Assembly: GCF_963921235.1 (NCBI RefSeq)
Contig: NC_086097.1
Coordinates: 196,728,001 to 196,792,000, forward strand
From: Mobula hypostoma
Lineage: Eukaryota
Length of the DNA: 64,000 nt
Direction of reading: 5' to 3'
Shown here in pieces: positions 59,011-64,000 of the stretch (positions within the stretch are counted from its first letter, which is position 1; each line of letters opens with the position of its first letter). The position numbers were made by a program, and so were the translations under genes. Below the pieces are notes generated by a model. That model saw only the letters and a program-made list of their open reading frames with translations. It was not told where the DNA came from and did not search any database.

Positions 59011-62000
59011 TATATAACCATATAACAATTACAGCACAGAAACAGGCCATCTCGGCCCTTCTAGTCCGTGCCGAACTCTTACCCTATCCTATTCCCACCG
59101 ACCTGCACTTAGCCCATAACCCTCCATTCCTTTCCTGTCCATATATCAATCCAATTTATCTTTAAACAACAACCTGCCTCCACCACTTCTGCTGTAAGCT
59201 CATTCCACACAGCTACCACTCTCTGAGTAAAGAAGTTCCCCCTCACGTTACCCCTAAACTTTTGTCCTCTAATTCTCAACCCATGCCCTCTTGTTTGAAT
59301 CTTCCCTACTCTCAATGGAAAAAGTCTAAACACGTTAACTCTATCACTCTCCCTCATAATTTTAAACACCTCTATCAAGTCTCCCCTCAACCTTCTACGC
59401 TCCAAAGAATAAAGACCCAACTTGTTCAACCTTTCTCTGTAACTTAGGAGATGAAACCCAGGCAACATTTTAGTAAACCACCTCTGTACTCTCTCAATTT
59501 TATTGACATCCTTCCTATAATTCGGTGACCAGAACTGTACATAATACTCCAGATTTGGCCTTACCAATGCCTTATACAAATTCAACATTACATCCCAACT
59601 CCTATACTCAATGCTCTGATTAATAAAGGCCAGCAAACCAAAAGCTTTCTTCACCACCCTATCCACATAAGATTCCATCTTCAGGGAACTATGCACCATT
59701 ATTCCTAGATCCCTCTGTTCTAAAGCATTCTTTAATGCCCTACCATTTACCATGTATCTCCTATTTTGATTAGTTCTACCAAAATGTAGCACCTCACAAT
59801 TTTCAGCATTAAACTCCATCTGCCATCTTTCATCCCACTCTTCTAACTGGCCTAAATCTCTCTGCAAGTTTTGAAAACCTACCTCATCATCCACAACACC
59901 ACCTATCTTAGTATCATCTGCATACTTACTAAACCAATTTACCACCCCATCATCCAGATCAGTAATATATATTACAAACAACATTGGACCCAGTACAGAT
60001 CCCTGAGGCACACCGCTACACACCATCCTCCAATCTGACACACAGTTATCCACCACTACTCTCTGGCGTCTCCCATCTAGCCACTGCTGAACCCATTTTA
60101 CTACTTCCATATTAATGCCTAATGATTGAACCTTCCTAACTAACCTTCTGTGTGGAACCTTGTCAGAGGCCTTACTGAAGTCCATATAGACAACATCCAC
60201 CGTTTTACCCTCGTCAACTTTCTTAGTAATCTCATCAAAAAATTCAATAAGATTTGTCAAGCATGACCTTCCACGCACAAATCCATGTTGACTGTTCCTA
60301 ATCAGACCCTGTCTATCCAGAAAATTATATATACCATCTCTAGGAATACTTTCCATCAATTTACCCACCACTGACGTCAAACTCACAGGCCGTTAATTGA
60401 CAGGTTTACTCTTAGAACCCTTTTTAAACAATGGAACCACATGAGCAATACGCCAATCCTCCAGCACTATTCCCGTTTCTAATGACGTTTGAAATATTTC
60501 TGTCAGAGCCCCTGTTATTTCTACACTAACTTCACTCAAAGTCCTAGGGAATATCTTGTCCGGACCCGGAGACTTATCTGCTTTTATGTTAAAAGTGTCA
60601 GTACTTCCTCTTCTTTAATTGTCATACTTTCCATAACTACCCTACTTGTTTTCTTTACCTTACACAATTCAATATCCTTCTCCTTAGTGAATACCGAAGA
60701 AAAGAAATTTTTCAAAATCTCCCCCATCTCTTTTGGCTCCGCACATAGCTGTCCACTCTGATTCCCTAAGGGACCAATTTTATCCCTCACTATCCTTTTG
60801 CTATTAATATAACTAGAAACCCTTTGGATTTATGTTCACCTTACTTGCCAAAGCAGCCTCGTATCTTAGAACATAGAACATAGAATAGTACAGCTCTTCT
60901 AGCTTTTCTAATTTCTTTCTTAAGATTCTTTTTACATTCTTTATATTCCTTGAGTACCTTATTAACTCCAAGCTGCCTATATTTATTGAAGATCTCTCTC
61001 TTTTTCTGAACCAAGTTTCTAATATCTCTTGAAAACCATGGCTCTCTCAAACTTTTAACCTTTCCTTTCAACCTAACAGGAACATAAAGATTCTGAACCC
61101 TCAAAATTTCACCTTTAAATGACCTCCATTTCTCTGTTACATCCTTCCCATAAAAAAATTTTCCCAATCCATTCCTTCTAAATCCTTTTGCATCTCCTCA
61201 AAGTTAGCCTTTCTCCAATCAAAAATCTCAATCCTAGGTCCAGTCCTATCCTTCTCCATAATTACACTGAAACTAATTGTATTGTGATCACTGGACCCGA
61301 AGTGCTCCCCAACAAATACCTCTGTCACTTGCCCTGTCTCATTCCCTAACAGGAGATCCAACACTGCTCCTTCTCTAGTTGGTACCTCTATGTATTGCTT
61401 CAAAAAACTATCCTGCACACATTTTACAAACTCCAAACCATCCAGTCCTTTTACAGAATGGGCTTCCCAGTCTATGTGTGGAAAATTAAAATCTCCCACA
61501 ATCACAACCTTGTGCTTACTACAAATATCTGCTATCTCCTTACAAATTTGCTCCTCCAGTTCTCGGTCTCCATTAGGTGGTCTATAATACACCCCTATAA
61601 GCGTCACAACACCTTTCCTATTCCTCAATTCCACCCAAATAGCCTCCCTAGATGAGTCCACTAATCTATCCGGCCGGAGCACCGCTGTTATATAATCTCT
61701 GACAAGCAATGCAACACCTCCCCCTCTTGCCCCTCCTATTCTATCACACCTGAAACAATGAAATCCTGGAATATTTAGTTGTCAATCACACCCCTCCTGC
61801 AACCACATTTCACTAATAGCTACATCATCATATTTCCAGGTATCAATCCATGCTGTAAACTCATCCACCTTTCTTACAATGCTCCTAGCATTAAAATAGA
61901 TGCATTTAAGAAACTCTCCACCTCCCACTCTCTGTTTATCCTTAATTGAGCAAACAACTTTGTTATCTTCTTCTTCTTTTTTCCCTTGCATCAACCTTCC

Positions 62001-62338
62001 CTCTCCTATTCTCCTTAATTTGATTCCCTCCCCCCAACCATTCTAGTTTAAAGTCACCTTAGTAGCCCTTGCAAATCTCCCTGCCAGGATATTGGTCCCC
62101 CTATGATTCAAGTGCAACCCGTCCCCTTTCTACAGGTCCTGCCTGTGCCAATAGTGGTCCTGATGATCCAAAAACCCAAATCCCTGCCCCTTGCTCCAAT
62201 CTCTCAGCCACGCATTTATTCTACATCTCATTGCATTCCTACTCTCACAGTCGCGTAGCACAGGCAGTAATCCCGAGATTACTACCTTTGTCGTCCTTTT
62301 TTTCAACTCCCTTCCTAACTCCCTATATTCTTCTTTCT
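59011..62338 (-). mobile_element. CR1 LINE (ORF1 esterase end plus ORF2, frameshifted) inserted into module copy B
   Basis: ORFs 59109-60386 (RT, YADD), 61137-61709 (APE) and 62130-62360 (esterase part); atataacc tail. Confidence 0.93.
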
Positions 62339-62790
62339 GCTGCACTTCAGTACGTGACACTGATGAGAATTCATGTCCTCAGAACTGCGCAGGCTTCGAA
62401 GTCGTCCGAACCTGGACATGCCAAAATGAGGCTGATTGGCGAGCTCCAAGAACGGGAACTCGCCGTCATGCAGAACCGCAGTGTTTGAGTGCTGCTGTAG
62501 ATCAAAGATCCCAATAGGACCCCAGTCGGAAAAGGAAAATAGGGACATTAGAATAGGAAGAATTTAACTTTTATGTTGATGAGCTGCGAGAAATCACCCT
62601 CTGGTGCCATCTTTAGGTTGATAGATTCTTGTCTGGTCAGGGCAAGAGATTGGGATTGAGAGGGAAAAATGGATCAACCATTATGCATGATCCATCAGGC
62701 AGAGCAAACTTGATGAGTCAAAAATCTTCATTCTGCTCCTATATCTTGTGGTCTTATCTGTGAAGTTACTAACCATACATTGTACATTCT
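62339..62790 (+). repeat. Composite duplicated module, copy B, right part
   Basis: Colinear with ~32285-32790. Confidence 0.88.
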
Positions 62791-62799
62791 TCAACTAGA

Positions 62800-64000
62800 A
62801 TCAAAGAAGATACTGAAAGCTTTTTTTTAAGTATATGAAGGGTAAAAGAGTGTCTAGGGTAGATATAGGACCGAGAGAAAATGACGCAGGAGATATTGCG
62901 ATGAGAGACACAGAGATGGCAGAGGAACTGAATGCGAATTTTGCATCACTTTTCACAGTGGAAGACATCTGCAGTATACTGGACATTCAGGAGTGTCAGG
63001 GGAGTGAAGTATGTGCAGTGAAAATTGCAACTGAGAAGGTGCTCAGGAAGCTTAATGGTCTGAGGGTGGATAAATCTCCTGGACCTGATAGAATGCACCC
63101 TTAGGTTCTGAAGGAAGTAGCTGGAGAGATTGAGGTGGCACGAACAGTAATCTTTCAAGAATTGATAGACTCTGGCATTTTACTGGATGATTGGAAAATT
63201 GCAAATGTTACTCCGCTATTCAAGTAGGGTGGGAGGCAGCAGAAGGGAAACTGTAGACCTGTTAGCCTAACATCAGTGGTTGGGAAGTTGTTGGAATCGA
63301 TTGTTAGGGGTGAGATTATGGAGTACCTGGAGGCACATGACAAGATAGGCCAAAGCCAGCATGGTTTCCTGAAAGGAAAATCCTGCCTGACAAATCGACT
63401 GCAATTTTTTGAGGAAATTACAAGCAGGGTAGACAAAGGAGATGTTAGTAGATGTGGTGTACTTGGATTTTCAGAAGGCCTTTGACAAGGTGCCACACAT
63501 GAGGTAGCTTAACAAGAGCCCATGGAATTACAGGGAAATTACTAGCATGGGTGGAGCATTGGCTGATTGGCAGAAAATACAGAGTGAAAATAAAGGGACC
63601 CTATTCTGGCTGGTTGCCACTGGAGTTCCACAGGGGTCAGTGTTGGGATGGCTGCTTTTTACGATGTATGTCAATGATTTGAACTATGGGATTAATGGAA
63701 TTGTGGCTAAATTTGCCAATGATACAAAGATAGGTGGAGGAGCAGGTAGTGTTGAGGAAACAGAGAGCAAAGAATAGAGAACATGGGCAAAGAAATGGCA
63801 AATGAAATACAATGTTAGAAAGTGTATGATCATGCACTTTGGTGGAAGAAATAAATAGGCAGATTATTATTTAGATGGGGAGAGAATTCAAAATGCTGAG
63901 ATGCAAAGGGACTTGGGAGTCCTTGTGCAGGATACCCTAAAGATTAACCTCTAGGTTGAGTCCGTGGTGCAGAAGGCGAATGCAATGTTGGCATTCATTT
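62800..64000 (+). mobile_element. CR1 ORF2 fragment running off the window
   Basis: VDKSPGPD, SQHGFLKGKSCLTN, GVPQGSVLG. Confidence 0.9.

Noticed and set aside
394..63837. The many 60-200-aa ORFs in the supplied track as host genes
   Set aside because: Nearly all are fragments or antisense frames of CR1, Rex1, PLE or Gypsy elements. The real host exons (ROCK1, KLHL14-like) are too short to appear in the track.

Overview
Vertebrate genomic DNA, most likely a cartilaginous fish (probably a ray/skate, inferred from the repeat families). It is mostly nested transposable elements: many CR1 and Rex1/Babar LINE fragments, Penelope-like elements (PLEs) whose terminal repeats carry minimal hammerhead-ribozyme motifs, a full-length decayed Sushi-type Ty3/Gypsy chromovirus (1973-6964), a young 5'-truncated L1 with an intact ORF2 and a perfect 12-bp TSD (20383-24608), RTE/SINE pieces, and Tc1 and hAT MITEs. 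The only clear host gene is ROCK1: a CpG-rich promoter at ~50.3 kb, a first coding exon at 51153-51245 (+), and intron 1 running past the end of the window. The most notable signals are: (1) a CR1 fragment (~36990-38393) massively A-to-G hypermutated on its sense strand, like a retrotransposed ADAR-hyperedited RNA; (2) an ~800-bp composite module that starts at a hammerhead motif and occurs twice, ~27 kb apart; (3) at least nine PLE hammerhead motifs; (4) an orphan, frameshifted KLHL14-like exon at 14568-14658. Gene and family names come from recalled protein motifs, not a database search. Repeat boundaries are approximate unless a TSD, LTR or TIR is quoted.
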